A model generated the notes under the pieces. It saw only the letters and a program-made list of their open reading frames with translations, was not told where the DNA came from and ran no database searches. The translations under genes and the position numbers were made by a program. From Tubulanus polymorphus (taxonomy: Eukaryota; Animalia; Nemertea), in NCBI RefSeq assembly GCF_964204645.1, contig NC_134032.1, forward strand, positions 6,126,275-6,190,274: DNA of 64,000 nucleotides. Direction: 5' to 3'. How positions within the stretch are numbered: the stretch's first letter is position 1; every line of letters starts with the position of its first letter. This document shows positions 1 through 12,720 of the stretch, in pieces.

Positions 1-822
1 TATCTAGTTTCTGGTAACTCATTCCGGAGACCAGCATCAACTAGTTACCGTGAATCGGTAACCAGATATTTCCGCTGTGGATTTCCAGGACGTTAGAGAT
101 TAAAATCCGGCGAGCTGCGGTATTGAATGATGTATTATTTACCGATTCCGATCATGATATCCATGGCAAGGATGGTGTGTTTGTGTTGCCCACCCGATTC
201 TAACGATGGAGAATTTGGAAATGGATGAGGGGAATCGAGTGCTCGCGGATGTCCTGCAGTGATTTTTGGGACGAGTTCAAAAATATAATGGGTACCAATT
301 CGGAACATATGCCTCTGCTATGACATGATTATTGGTCTGAAAAAATGGGAAGCTGTTGGAAGAATAACAGAATAGGTTATAATCAAGAAGGATATTTTCC
401 CTTTTTTGGCGTAGCCACTTGATTATAAAATATTCTGAAAATGATGGCTATCGATTTTGCTTTCCAAATATCTTCTGATTCTAAAATTGATGGCTCTCGA
501 TTAAATGGCCCATATCTTTTAAGTATGCCCCAACTGCAGAATCATAAGTTCTAAGAGAATGCACTGATATAATTGAAGAAATCAATAACGATGAGTTGGT
601 TGAGATATTAGGTACTTACGACTGTCAGAGGCTCCGATTTGAGACAATGTTCAGCACTAAATGCGGTTAATAAGCCACATTGAGCTAGTGCAAAAACCAT
701 GGTTGATCGTGGATTGTGGTATTGTGCGAACTGGAGTGCCGATAACTTAGGAAAACCTGAAAGATTGGTATGATGAACTGAAACCCCGAAGAAGATATTA
801 AACTTCTTGTACGTATCCCCGG

Positions 823-3175
823 CGGTTCCTGAACTTTGCTGAACAAACTGAAAAGCTGAAACGCTGAAATAAAAACGCTGAAATTTCAGGGAATTTCCGA
901 AAAACGCCGAAATTTCAGGGAATTCCCGAAAAACGCTGAAATCGTGCTAGGTACCGACAATACACGTTTTGAAATGTTTTCCGGGCCGGTGTCCGCTGAC
1001 GTGTCCTGAACCGTGTTTTATGCTCTACCTTCGGTTACAGAGATATGCCTTAAGGTCGTCGTCATGATCGACTTGATCGATTGTGGATTGCGTGGATTGT
1101 TAGATGTGTTTTTGCCATAGTTTTATGTGCATATACCGGTACGATCTAACAATGAAGTTATCACTTTGAATAAATTCTTAATTACAGTAATATTGATTCA
1201 CAATATTTGTTGGTGATTTCTTGCAACTTATCATTGCCAAGTCTCATACAATGTACAAGTAGCAGTTGAATGAAAGAAAGTACAGTTAGGCTGAACCTGA
1301 TAACCCAAATTAAGTGCTAGCATGGAACTAATGATTATTTTGATTCTATTTTCGGTGTCATTGAAATTCGTTAATAAAGGTTCAACCGTCATAGTATACC
1401 GTACTTAGCATTGCTACGATTGGGTGCCATATTTCTATAATTTCTACAAGGAGGAAGGAGTCTTTAAGTGTCTTTGTTCCCGGGTAGGGTACGGGGTAAA
1501 ACCTGGTTTACTTTCTCTTTCGACTTGCCGGAGACTACTTTCTGCAATGTATTGCATGCTTTGATTTGTCTGGCCTATAGGAGTTGAACGATATTTTCCC
1601 ATACACAGGCTTGGCTTTAGTGTAGATGAAGGCTAGGCACTGCACATTGTGGATTGACTGGAACTCTTAACTCACAAAATTAAACGAGTCAACAAGAAAG
1701 ATCCAATAATTGGACGTTTGTCTAACTATATTATTTAACAGCTTGAAATAATACATAACACATTCTGCAAGAGTACACAAAGGAAATCAGTTCTTACATT
1801 ATATCAGAATCAATAGTTCGCTTAACTCTGGCTAGAATTCTGGTTCCATTGCTTCATATTCTAATGAAATCCACTAGCATACCTTAGAATATCGCTTAGC
1901 TTAAGACAAAAAATTTGGTACCAGGAAACAGGGAAGAAAAGTGGGTGTACTGTACATCCGCAATTGACTTATTTCTCTCTGGTTGAAACAAGTTATTATT
2001 GAAATAGCATTCGAATAGCCATTTTATTTTTAAAAATTGTGTCGTTCAGCTATCCTGCAGCAAATTTCGCAGTTGAAGTTTACTGGTGCCATCTGATTTC
2101 TCAGTATCTCAAAAAATTTGCACATTCTAAGCCTGAATCTAAAAATAGAAAAAGATGCATTTAAGTAGGATATAAAAGAATAGTGGCTCATACACCCTGG
2201 ACTATATAGCCTGTCGGGTGGGCCTAGTTTGAAAGCACTGAGGTCCGAGGGAACAGCACTTAGTAAATAAATACTGAAATTAAACTTACAAAGCACCCAG
2301 TACTTGAGATGATGTACTTGACAAGAAGTGTCTCCAGCTAAGCAAATCAACTTTGTCTATGACTCCTCCTTTTATAGATTCAGTAGTAGTCTAAAAATAA
2401 GAATCGGTACATTTTTCTAACAGTTGGTATGTCATTTCTTAAAAAAACTAATTATTATCACGCCACAGCAAATCAATTATTCACAGTTGTTGAATGGTTT
2501 GCCCGATTTAGATTAATTGGTTGACGCTCATTAGTATGACCCATAAGTAGGGGCCTACTGCATGCCATTGGCGTCAATCCATTCCATTCCATTCCACAGG
2601 GAATTATAAAGAAATTTAGTTAGATCCCTTTTGTCCAAAAGCTGCATCATTTATATAACTAGCTGTCAAATTTAATTTACCTCCTTCAGAGAATACCATA
2701 GTGACATAGTCCGTCGCCCATCAACGTGTTGACAAAAGAAAAGTTGCTCCATGTTTTATACATGAACGTTCAAATAAGATATATTGCGTCTTGCAGGGAA
2801 TATTGAGCATAGTGTTTAAGTTGGCTTGCACGGTTTGTGAATGGGTTTTCCTCATTATGCTGCCTATATGCATTAAAAATCCGGATTTCAAGCGACTTAA
2901 TTTGTCCAACAAGTGGCCCTCTAGAAATATACTCCACACATACTGTCCATGCATGTCTCTGTAACCGAAGGTAGAGACTAAAACACGGTTTGGGACTCGG
3001 CAGCGGACACCGGCCCGAAAATATTTCAAAACGTGTATTGTTGGTACCTAGCACGATTTCAGCGTTTTTCGGGAATTCCCTGAAATTTCGGCGTTTTTCG
3101 GAAATTCCCTGAAATTTCAGCGTTTTTATTTCAGCGTTTCAGTGATTCAGCTTTTTCAGCGAAGTTCAGGAACCG
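823..3175. mobile_element. Non-autonomous TIR DNA transposon, Mutator/MULE-like
   Basis: About 225-bp imperfect terminal inverted repeats (823-1048 vs 2951-3175) containing internal GCTGAAA / GAAATTTCAGGGAATT subrepeats. 9-bp target-site duplication with one mismatch: TATCCCCGG (814-822) vs TATCTCCGG (3176-3184). No transposase ORF inside. Confidence 0.8.
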
Positions 3176-4741
3176 TATCTCCGGATACCATGAATCCGTT
3201 GCTCAGTAGCGCAGTTTCTAACGTGCGATCATCCGATCAGAACAGGAACTCTTTCTTAGATATACTGGATCCAATCTGAGTACACCTCTAAGATAATTGT
3301 ACACTTCAGTCAAAAGCCTTCTGGGTTGGCAAGATATCCCATAGTTAGTACTTGTGGTAAAATTTCAGAAATTTCAGATTCATTTGAAACGTGGAGCACA
3401 AGGAGAAATTCGATGTTAAATCTCATACAAACGAAGGATGTAATACAATTTTCCGACAAAAACCGTCGCCGCACTCGGTGTCGTTTTCGGCCATCGTAAA
3501 ATGTCGTTTGATGAAAAAATGGGGCATCCGCCGTGCTAGTGTAGACATCATTGATTCCACTTACGGCAGGTGAGGATCCGCCAGATTTGCTAGTAGATCG
3601 TTGTTGTCTGCGTTTGGTTTCTTCTACATTTTGAATTAAATCTAAATGGACTTTTCTCTTAAATGAATCAATTATTTATGAAAACCTACCGATATCTGAG
3701 TAGAAAAATGGAAGTATCGTTTATTTGAGGGGTGTTGTGATAGTATATGGATTGAGGAGTCTGGTCTGTTCGATGTTCATTGAAAATGAAATAATTTCGA
3801 CAACGGACGACCTACAGGCTTGTAGGAGCTTTATTGGAGGTTTCGAAAAATAAGAAATCAGACATTAATCTTGTGGATTATCATTGAAACAAGACAAATC
3901 AACGATTCAAAATGTCAATACTGAGTACATGACGAACTAGAATAAATAAATTTAAATTAAGTCAAATACATGTTCAGAATTATTTTTTCCTATATGGTAA
4001 AAACAGACTACACAGGTCCTCAGTCATCAATATCTGCGATATGAAGCAACCATGCTGCAAGGTTCAAATGGAAATAACGGAATACAAGTGGAAACAAGTT
4101 CCTTACTCTTTTACACCCTCGGCAAATAGCATCGAATGGGTTAGTACGGAAAGAGGTTGTGTGAAAAAAGGTAAACTTGCTTAAGGCAAACATGGTAGAA
4201 TGGCGGCTTAGTAAGAACGCACGCAAATAATGGAGCGCCGACTTAGCTCGTCAATTCTGCCCTAGCATGATAAAAGGCAGTAACTTAATTTTTAAAGTTT
4301 TGAGAAAAACGCGATTTAAGATTCACGGCATTCCCCCATCGATCCAGTTAGTATAAATTCTTCAAATCTCATACCATTACAATCAATTCATTCCAAAACA
4401 CGGTTACGCATATTTTCATGGCAAAAAATTCATTTTTTCTCAGAATTATTTGATATTTTGTCAGTTACTGCTTTTTGACAGAAAATTGAGTCATATTTTA
4501 CGTGTCCCTGATAATAAGAAAAGAAGTATTCCAAAAACGTGTCCGCATAAAAAGCAGCAACTCCAATTTGTAAAATGTTAAATGCCAGTAACTTCAAGAG
4601 AAATATAATAAAAAGCAGTAACATCTTTGTGTTCAGTTAAAGAGAAGTAACCTCAGTCCACACAGGTGGTGTTTGGATCCCGATATTCAAACGGGACCGA
4701 GAACACTGTGGGCTCGTATCTTAAAATAGGCTTGCATAGCG

Positions 4742-4845
4742 GACAAACTGATGATAAACATTCAATACTACAGAAAACAGAAGTTTCACAATTGACAAAC
4801 TGATGATAAACATTCAATACTACAGAAAACAGAAGTTTCACAATT
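4742..4845. repeat. Perfect 52-bp tandem duplication in the Sola 3' region
   Basis: GACAAACTGATGATAAACATTCAATACTACAGAAAACAGAAGTTTCACAATT present twice. Confidence 0.95.
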
Positions 4846-5026
4846 TTACTTGAAACTTAAAAGATAACTTTTTATTCAGAAAAATTTAACCGAACTCGAA
4901 CTATAACAAATAACAAAAATCTCAATCTTCAATATAGTGAAAAGGAATAAACGAATTCATTAATCAACTGTCCGTATATTTAAAGAAAATATTCAGCCAC
5001 AGTTAATCAAGCTCTTTCAGCTCCAT

Positions 5027-7592
5027 CTATTCAGCATTAATAAGATCGATAACATTGTCACTGTTAGGCATATTCTCCCAGAATGCACGTTTCGATTCTG
5101 GCATCAGGGGGCACAATTTTCGCACAATGTCAGCCTTTTTCTCTGTCAACAAGCCACGTTGTTGTTCGCGTATCAAATTTGGAACTCGCAGATTTGCCAA
5201 GGACACATTCTTTTTCAGATAGGAAAACGTTTTCCAACTTTTTTCATCATGGCTACTTTTGAAGAGGATTTCGACTGAACATCTGCAAAATTTCAACGAT
5301 ACTATTTCCTTAAGAAGTGGGCGGCCAGCTTTACCCAGTTTTGCCAGCGACTGGTTCCCAGTCCAGGCATGAAAGTCGTCATTTGTTATTTCAATCACAT
5401 CAATTGTTCTACCATTTGAATCAGAAATTACATGACGGAAATCATCAAAATTAAATACGTTTCCACCTGGAACCTTCTTATATTGGGCTTCTACTCCAGC
5501 GTGTATACTATCAGCAGCCATGAAAGTGTGGCCTGGTTCGAAATATTTGAATGTGATGTCTTTTGCTTTGATGAGCTCTGAGTTCACTAATGTTATCATT
5601 GTTGTAAACAGGCAATAGCACTTATTCTGGCTTGAACAATTATCAAGCCAGAATACGATGTGTTCGTACGTGCTGTCCTGCAAAATGGCATTGTAAAATG
5701 CAGAGGAAACCTCTTCTGCTGCACGTCCAGCAACTCCTTCATGCCAGATGATGGAAATATTGGGCCGTTTGTTACATGTGTTACTCTTTTTGCCAACTGT
5801 CGCAAACGTTTCATGATAACATACCAATCTTTTAGTGAAGAGTACGCTCTTTATTCCTGGCATCCGGGGCAACATGATCACCTTTTGCAGATCTACTGCA
5901 CGGATAATAGTGTCGTTTAACTGGCCAGATTCAGCGTCTTGTTTGTAATGCCGTCTTCCTGTTTCTGCTCTGGTTGCATGGGCTTCCTGATTTTTGCAAA
6001 TTGAACATTCTGCTAGGTTGTGGTCCTCTTTAGTGTGGATTTCATGCTTGAGGCACTGCTCGCACTGCTCTTCTCCTAGCTTAGCAAAACTAATACCCAT
6101 CTCTGAAACTTGGTGTCGGTACGTGGTATAGCTACAACCATTAGGATGCTTTTCTAGGAAATCGTGGTGCATTGTTTTTATTGTAATGTCTGACGGTAGA
6201 TACCGCCGATTGGGCGCATGCTCCCGCCGATAGTGGCTTACACACGGATTGAATGCCTCAATATGGTCTTTAATAATATTCTTGTCGATAGTTTTCATGT
6301 TATGAGTTGTTCCACGTCTATCATTTGCAGGTGACATATTTGTGACAGGTGTATTCTTCATAATGTTGAAAACAATCGAATCATTTTTTGGGTGATAGCC
6401 TAACGTTGTCAGAAAAAATGTTTTACAAACGGGGACTTCATTCCCATCTTGTGCGAGAAATGAATATCTGAAACTGAAATTCCGCCTAGAATCACCACCG
6501 TTTGTTTTCCGAACTACTGTTGTGCGACCAACGTAATTGTAAATAAATTTCCTTCGGTCATTATAACTATCCAAAGACCAATATTCCTCCCAGATTGCCT
6601 CACGTCTTTGCTCCGATATGACTTCACAGCACATCCTTCTACATTGTACGTTGCAACCAGCTTTTAATATATGCTTCGCAGAATCTCGCTTTCTTCTGCC
6701 TTCATGGGTCCGCATTTCTTTTTTGTACTTATACTTTTTTTTCGATTTTTCTGGTTGATTTTCTTTATCTTCATCTTGATGTTCGACGTTGTTTTCAGCG
6801 GTATGATTAACAATCTTAGTATGCTGTCCGCTAGCAGTGATGATTTCATCAGCTGCATGATTTTCGGCTGGTTCACGCATCACAATTTGATATCCATCAG
6901 CAGTGACATTTTCATCTATATGGTTCTCAAAACTATTGGGGGCTATGTCACCTAATTCTGAATCAATATTTGGATCACTGACGTCATCGTCGTTTAGCTG
7001 ATTGACAAAATTCATGTCTATCGTTGTGTTTAATGTGCTTAATTCTAATAGCCCTTCACCCACAGGAACATCTCCATCAAAATCAACGTGGGTGACTACA
7101 GGTCCAGGTATGGGCGGCAGCGTTAGAATTGTCGGCGTTAAGCGTCTCCGTTTTCGCTCTAAAAACAAAATGTTAATATATTTTAAACATCAGCAGTTAT
7201 TTTCTCAGAACCCATCGTGTTTTAGTAGTGGCAAAAAGAAATCGAAAATATTTAAAATATCAGATGTTTCAACGAAGGTGGCTTTTTTAAGCAATCTTAT
7301 CTATTCGCGAGTAATCGTTTTAATTTACACCGCCGAGAATAATGAGTGTACAGAAATTATTACTAAGGAGGTACTTTCTTCACTTTGGACATTCGTTTTT
7401 TTTCAATAAAAGAATAACCAACTTTATCTTTTTAAAGCTCATCGATCCATAAAATGAAACCTAATCGACATTTAGACAGTATCTATGAATATATACACCC
7501 CTCAACTTCAGATTACAAAACAATGAATGACACTTACCAGGAGACCTTTTCCCTAGCGCCAATTGTAGCATTTTCATTCCACGGGACGACAT
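5027..7592 (-). CDS. Sola-type DDD transposase (predicted exons 7592-7538 and 7158-5027, about 728 aa)
   Basis: Open 713-codon frame with VCKTFFLTTLG, SHYRR, VDLQKV, WLDNCSSQNK and GHTFMAADSIH motifs. Upstream exon MSSRGMKMLQLALGKRSP ends at a phase-1 G|GTAAGT donor that matches the TTTTAG|AG acceptor at 7159/7158. Confidence 0.85.
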
Positions 7593-8409
7593 ATTGCAGT
7601 ACGTCACAGTGATCGTCAAAAAATGGTAATTACCAATTATAATCTTCATCATTAAAAAAGTTAAATATATGACTTACTGAAACCTATATATTTGGTGAAT
7701 ATCTATACCAGCTTCAACGTCCAACATGACTGAAAGTTATCTCATAAATTGACATTAACTAATCATTTGAATTGTGCAACTTGATTTTCATTGAATATAT
7801 TCCTAACTCAGTAGCGAACAAGTTTGATTTTAAGATCATTTAAGAAAAGTGTCAAGCGTGGTATTACTATCACTCAATAGATGGCAGCACATGCAGAAAA
7901 TTAGAGTAGTATGAAAAAGAAGTGACTCGAGGTTCCTGGTATGTAGAAAAGCAGTAACTTTGATTGCAGGTATTTTAAAAGAAAGTAACTTCGCGGCGCG
8001 ATATTTTAAAAAGCAGTAACTTTATAGGCTGGTGACTTAAATAACAGTATCTCTGTTATTGATTATTATGAACAGCAGCAACTCGTAACTACACTATGTT
8101 GAAAGGCAGTATCTTTGAGTTACTGTTGTTTGTTCCGAGATTGATGTATACTTGTCCAGAGATGCTGCTTTTTATCTCGCTTTACAGGGTTTTTTTTCAA
8201 ATAGCGCCCTCTATATCTCACAAACCGAACTATATATAAAAAAACGGACTTGACCAGGTGATTGCGCACATTCTTTTACTTCAGAAAAGTTGAAAAAATA
8301 AATTTCCCCAAAAATTGAGTTACTGCCTTTTATCATGCTAGGGCAGAATTATAGTGCTATTTAATTGTAAGAATTAGATATCAATCATGGATTAAACCGT
8401 TGAGAGAAC

Positions 8410-8900
8410 CTATGTTATATGATTTTTGGCCGCTCGGGAGGAATCTTTCACATATGGACATAGAGAACATACTGAAAGACTTCCAATATAATAAGACGGT
8501 GGTACTGAAGTTTAACAGTCTGGAGTGACTGCTGAAAATTTTGAACAAATATTACCAACAGTAGACACAAAAATATTGGATTGGATTAACGAAGCTACCA
8601 TACACCTCGGTATGAACGACGTCCCTCAACCTTTAATCAGGCACAGATTGTATCAAACTCAACATGAGACTTGCCGTAGCCGAAGTGCAAGAAGAATTCC
8701 AAAATGCAAAAGTCTGCGTTTCAAGCGCAATTCCTAGAAAGGGGTAAACAATATTACCAAGGATTTCGTCGCTGTATCGAGCAGGGTCTACTCAATATCA
8801 ATCGTCTCATCAATTACTATACACTTCGTTAACCTTCCGGATCATTTAGAGATCGCTACTCTACCTGCCCTAGAGACACAAGTGACATTCATTGGGAAAT
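8410..8900 (+). pseudogene. Degraded SGNH/GDSL esterase domain, retroelement ORF1 type
   Basis: Frameshifted remnants IFG-x-S, SGVT, ATIHLGMND (block III GxND-like), KVCVSSAIPRKG and a D-I-H segment, in SGNH order. Confidence 0.55.
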
Positions 8901-9288
8901 CCGCACTTGATTCACACTTATACAATGTACTTTCTGATATGATCAAGCTGAAGTCTTCAGTAGGCCTATTCCCGTAGTAAATAAGCGGAAGGATCACCCA
9001 CTAACATACGCACCACCAAGTGCCGAAAAAGCTACTAAGAAACAAAATGTTGATAATAGAAACTAGTGGGATATAAGATTATTTGTTTCCCAAATATGAT
9101 TGAAGTCTCTCAAATGTTATTTGATACATAATGGGTAGTCTTCGAAATAGACGTATCGTTATCCAAAGAAGTCGGATAAGAAACCGGATTAAAGGAATTT
9201 CGACCCTGTGGGACGTACATTACGTCGACATAGAGCCACGCGAAGAGTTTACAGTGTCCCCTGAAAATTTGACATTAACCAGAAAGAA

Positions 9289-10195
9289 TGTCACGAGGTC
9301 ACGTGACCGGGAAACCTCAAACCATATAACGGAAACTCGTCACGTTGGAAATGAATATGTTTATTTACACTATATACAGATAGTAGCAGACAGATACTTA
9401 TATTCGGCGCAATAATGATCTTTGCTGCATCAAATCATGCGGTCCGCAATGGATCGCGGCACTTGCAGGAAACAAGATGAAAAAATCTCTCGGCACTTGT
9501 AGGAAACAAGATGAAAAATCGCTCGGCACTTGTAGGAAACAAGATGCCAAATCGCTCGGCACTTGTAGCCGGGGAAGTAACCTCGGCACTTGTAAGCGGG
9601 AAAAGTGATACTATCGACGCGGTACGTATAGCCGGAGATACAATAAGCCACTGGCAGGCGTTAGCTACAAAATATAAGCTAGACACAAAAACACATTTTG
9701 AGTATCATACAAATACTACAAATAATGATTTAAAGTTACCTAAATTAACTACCTATCATTAAATTAATTATCATTTTAACTATGTAAGAACACAATTACC
9801 ATTATACTTGATATATAATTATAACTAAATGTCAAAAAGGACGTAAGAATCTCACTTATATATTTAAGTCGCAATAACCTTTACTAAATTTCGACGTTCA
9901 CGCCAAGAAACTACTGAATTGTTACTGTAAAACATGGAAAACTAGAAAATATAAAACTCGTGTAAAACTTACCCCACGTATCGGGCAAAGCGCGCTCGTG
10001 GCAGCTGCGAAGTACACTCGACGCAGGCTTATAATATACTGCCGTGATATATGGCTAGTAAAGGCTTATAAATGCCGTAAACGTTACGGTCAACAGAGCA
10101 AGGTACACCTAGCTAACACAATAAAGCAAGGATACGCTAGTGAAGATATATAGATTTGACACGTAGTAATTCATCGACCCCATTCGGTCGTGACA
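9289..10195. mobile_element. Solo LTR (907 bp)
   Basis: Termini TGTCACGA...TCGTGACA. Perfect 5-bp TSD AAGAA (9284-9288, 10196-10200). No coding content. Confidence 0.85.
9456..9600. repeat. Roughly 31-bp minisatellite inside the solo LTR
   Basis: About 5 units built on (T)CGGCACTTGTAGGAAACAAGATG. Explains the repetitive ORFs at 9398-9762. Confidence 0.9.
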
Positions 10196-10289
10196 AAGAA
10201 CATTTTTTATCATTGATTTGAATCGAGACGGGGAACAATGCGAGGATTTTTACTCGTTGGAATATATTTAATGCATAGTATTAATGTTT

Positions 10290-12720
10290 TCAGCAAAAGA
10301 TAAAAGGGATGTGTTCTTCAAACTTCTGGACTACAATGAGGAAATCATTAAAACGGAAAATCATGTGAACTTTTTAGAATATTGTGCCAAGAACAGTTAA
10401 GTTCAAAATGGGTTATGGATCTTGATTAAACCCCAGATCTCAAACGCGCGTCAACTATTCTATGAAAAAATCGTATAACATCGTCAATGACTGTAGTTTC
10501 AAACTAATGGATCTTTTAATCGGTGAACTCAGTTCCAATGATGGAATGGCCCATAGAAAAGGGGAAGATTACGTTAATACGTGCAACAATAAAATTGAGA
10601 ATATTCTCAAGAGAACGAAACAAGAAATATGTGAGTTATCACCTGTTTTAGAAAGAAAGAAATTACGTCATTTCGACTGGTTTGATATGAAGTAAACACC
10701 GTTAGCCCGTACAACACTGAATTCAGAGAGTGCTTCTCCGTTAATAATCCCCGTACAGCGATCGTTAGGATTGATAGAAAAGTGATAGCTTACGTTTTAC
10801 CGACATCTTGAGAACTTTGGGAGAAAGATATCCCATCTACAGAATTGCCACATGAGTCCAAACGCCATCAAGTTCCACAGTTAGAAAAAAAACAGGAAAG
10901 TTGCTGAAATTAACCTTTCAGAAAAAATACAAGAATCAAAGATTAATGTTAAATGTACGAAGTCAGTGTTATACCTACAAAAACAAATGACGAGATCCAA
11001 CTATTAGGCAAAAACAAATCGATTGTAAACCTATCGTCAAGATTAAACTCTGACGACGAGATTTCACTACTTAGCCGAGGCCTAAAATGTTGTCCGGCCC
11101 CTAAGAAGACCGATAGATTTAAGTTACGTCTAGACGTAGAATGAGTTTTCCCGACGTTTACGTCTTCAAGATCATTTCAAGAATAATAACAAGTCCGACA
11201 CCGATAACGATATTCATCCTTTTCACGTAAAATCATCGGCAAGTAAAAATCTACCGTTAGAAGCTTATATTTTTATAGTAGAGAGAGAAATTTCAGATTT
11301 GACCGATATACCATCTAACAACTTGTGAAGGTCAGAAAGGCTAGCCTTAAATGATTTACGAAATGATGTCTCAATCGTCATAAAAGAAGCCGGAGCCATT
11401 GTTATAATGGACAAAGACGTTAACGTGAAAGAAGCGATGCGTCAATCTAAGTTTGTGGATTTTCATTTACAACCATTTGAGTAACATATCTTCGGTTACG
11501 AGGGATACTACAGATCTGATTAATCAATTGTAACATTTTGGTAAACTTCCAAGTCATGCACTTTTGATGAGTATTGACGTAGTATGTCTATATCCTAGTG
11601 TCCCTATAAACGAGGGTATTGACTGTGTTAGGGAATTTTTGTCAAGCACTTTGTAAAGCATGTGAATTTGTACTGAGGTTAAATATGGTCAATTTTGGAG
11701 ATAATCTTTAAGGTTTCTTCAGAAATCTGGTACTGCAAATGTCACCAAAATGGCGGCTTCATTTGCTAATATTTGCATGCATTATTTTGAGACCCGATTG
11801 CTTGCAAGCGTTGACCAAGTCCCAGATTTTTGGAAATGATTCATTGATGATATTTTGGCTTTTTGGCCTCATTGAGAGGAAACGCTTATTAAATTCATAG
11901 AAAAGCTCAACTCCTTCCATCCCTCCATTAAAGTAATTCAGAAAACAAGATTCAGGTTATCTCGTTTTTGATGTCATCAGCAAACCTACGGATGCACATA
12001 TGTACCTTGAATATGATTCTTGTCACTCAAAAAAGTGTAAGGACAGCTTGCCCTATAGACAAGCTCTTCGCCTTCAAAGATCATTTTGTCGAGAGGGGGT
12101 ACCCAGAAAACTTAGTTGAAAACTAAATTAAAAGAGCTAAAAATCGCTCGAGGGCTGAATTTCTACAAGTAAGAAAATGTGATCAGACCATTTATAGTTG
12201 ATTTCCACCCAACAATTAGTAAAGTGGGCCATATCATCAATACTAAATTCAATCTCATTGAATCAGACTCTAATCTAGCCCACATCAAGACACCAATGGT
12301 AGCATATCGTCGACCTAGGAATTTGAAGGATATGCTGATTCATTCTAATATTGGCATGGGCACAAAAACTACGGTTATTGGTATGAATAGATGCAACAGT
12401 CTACGGTGTCAAATTTGTTCCGTTGTTATAAACGGAAACAAGTTCAATAGTAGTTTAACTTCTGAAGTTTTTACGATAAACCATTCCTTTAACTGCAATT
12501 CGAAAAAAAAATAAAATCTATTTAGTATCATGTGCTTTTTGTCAAATGAAATATGTCGGTTTCACAAACAATTTTCGACTTCGACTTCGGAATCCATCCG
12601 ATCTCAAGAGTCCAGATCATAGATAAGTGTGATGCAAAGAATCCTAATATTCGTGAAGGATTTTGGCAGTATCGACTCAAACTTTAACGCCATTTGGTCT
12701 CAGTCTCGATCTCGAGTTTA
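10290..12720 (+). mobile_element. Degenerate Penelope-like retroelement (Neptune-like), RT plus GIY-YIG endonuclease
   Basis: Ordered remnants: HVNFLEYC, IVNLSSRL..EISLLSRGL, DVSIVIKEA, SIDVV, TKMAASFANI, W-K-*-FIDDI, KPTDAHMYL, PMVAYRRPRNLKDML, CNSLRCQIC, IYLVSCAFC..YVGFT. Many stops and frameshifts. Confidence 0.85.

Larger units (their letters stand above)
4257..8346 (-). mobile_element. Sola1-type DNA transposon, apparently full length
   Basis: 37-bp TIR CTGCCCTAGCATGATAAAAGGCAGTAACT(T/C)AATTTTT with one mismatch. Perfect AATT TSD (4253-4256, 8347-8350), fitting the AWWT preference of Sola1. Encloses a long transposase ORF. Confidence 0.88.

Noticed and set aside
4742-4845. CTGATGA...GAAA hammerhead-like cores in the 52-bp duplication
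   Set aside because: No stem II or flanking helices can form.
9398-9762. Overlapping repetitive ORFs and a CRISPR-like repeat appearance
   Set aside because: A minisatellite in a solo LTR; no unique spacers, no cas genes, eukaryotic context.
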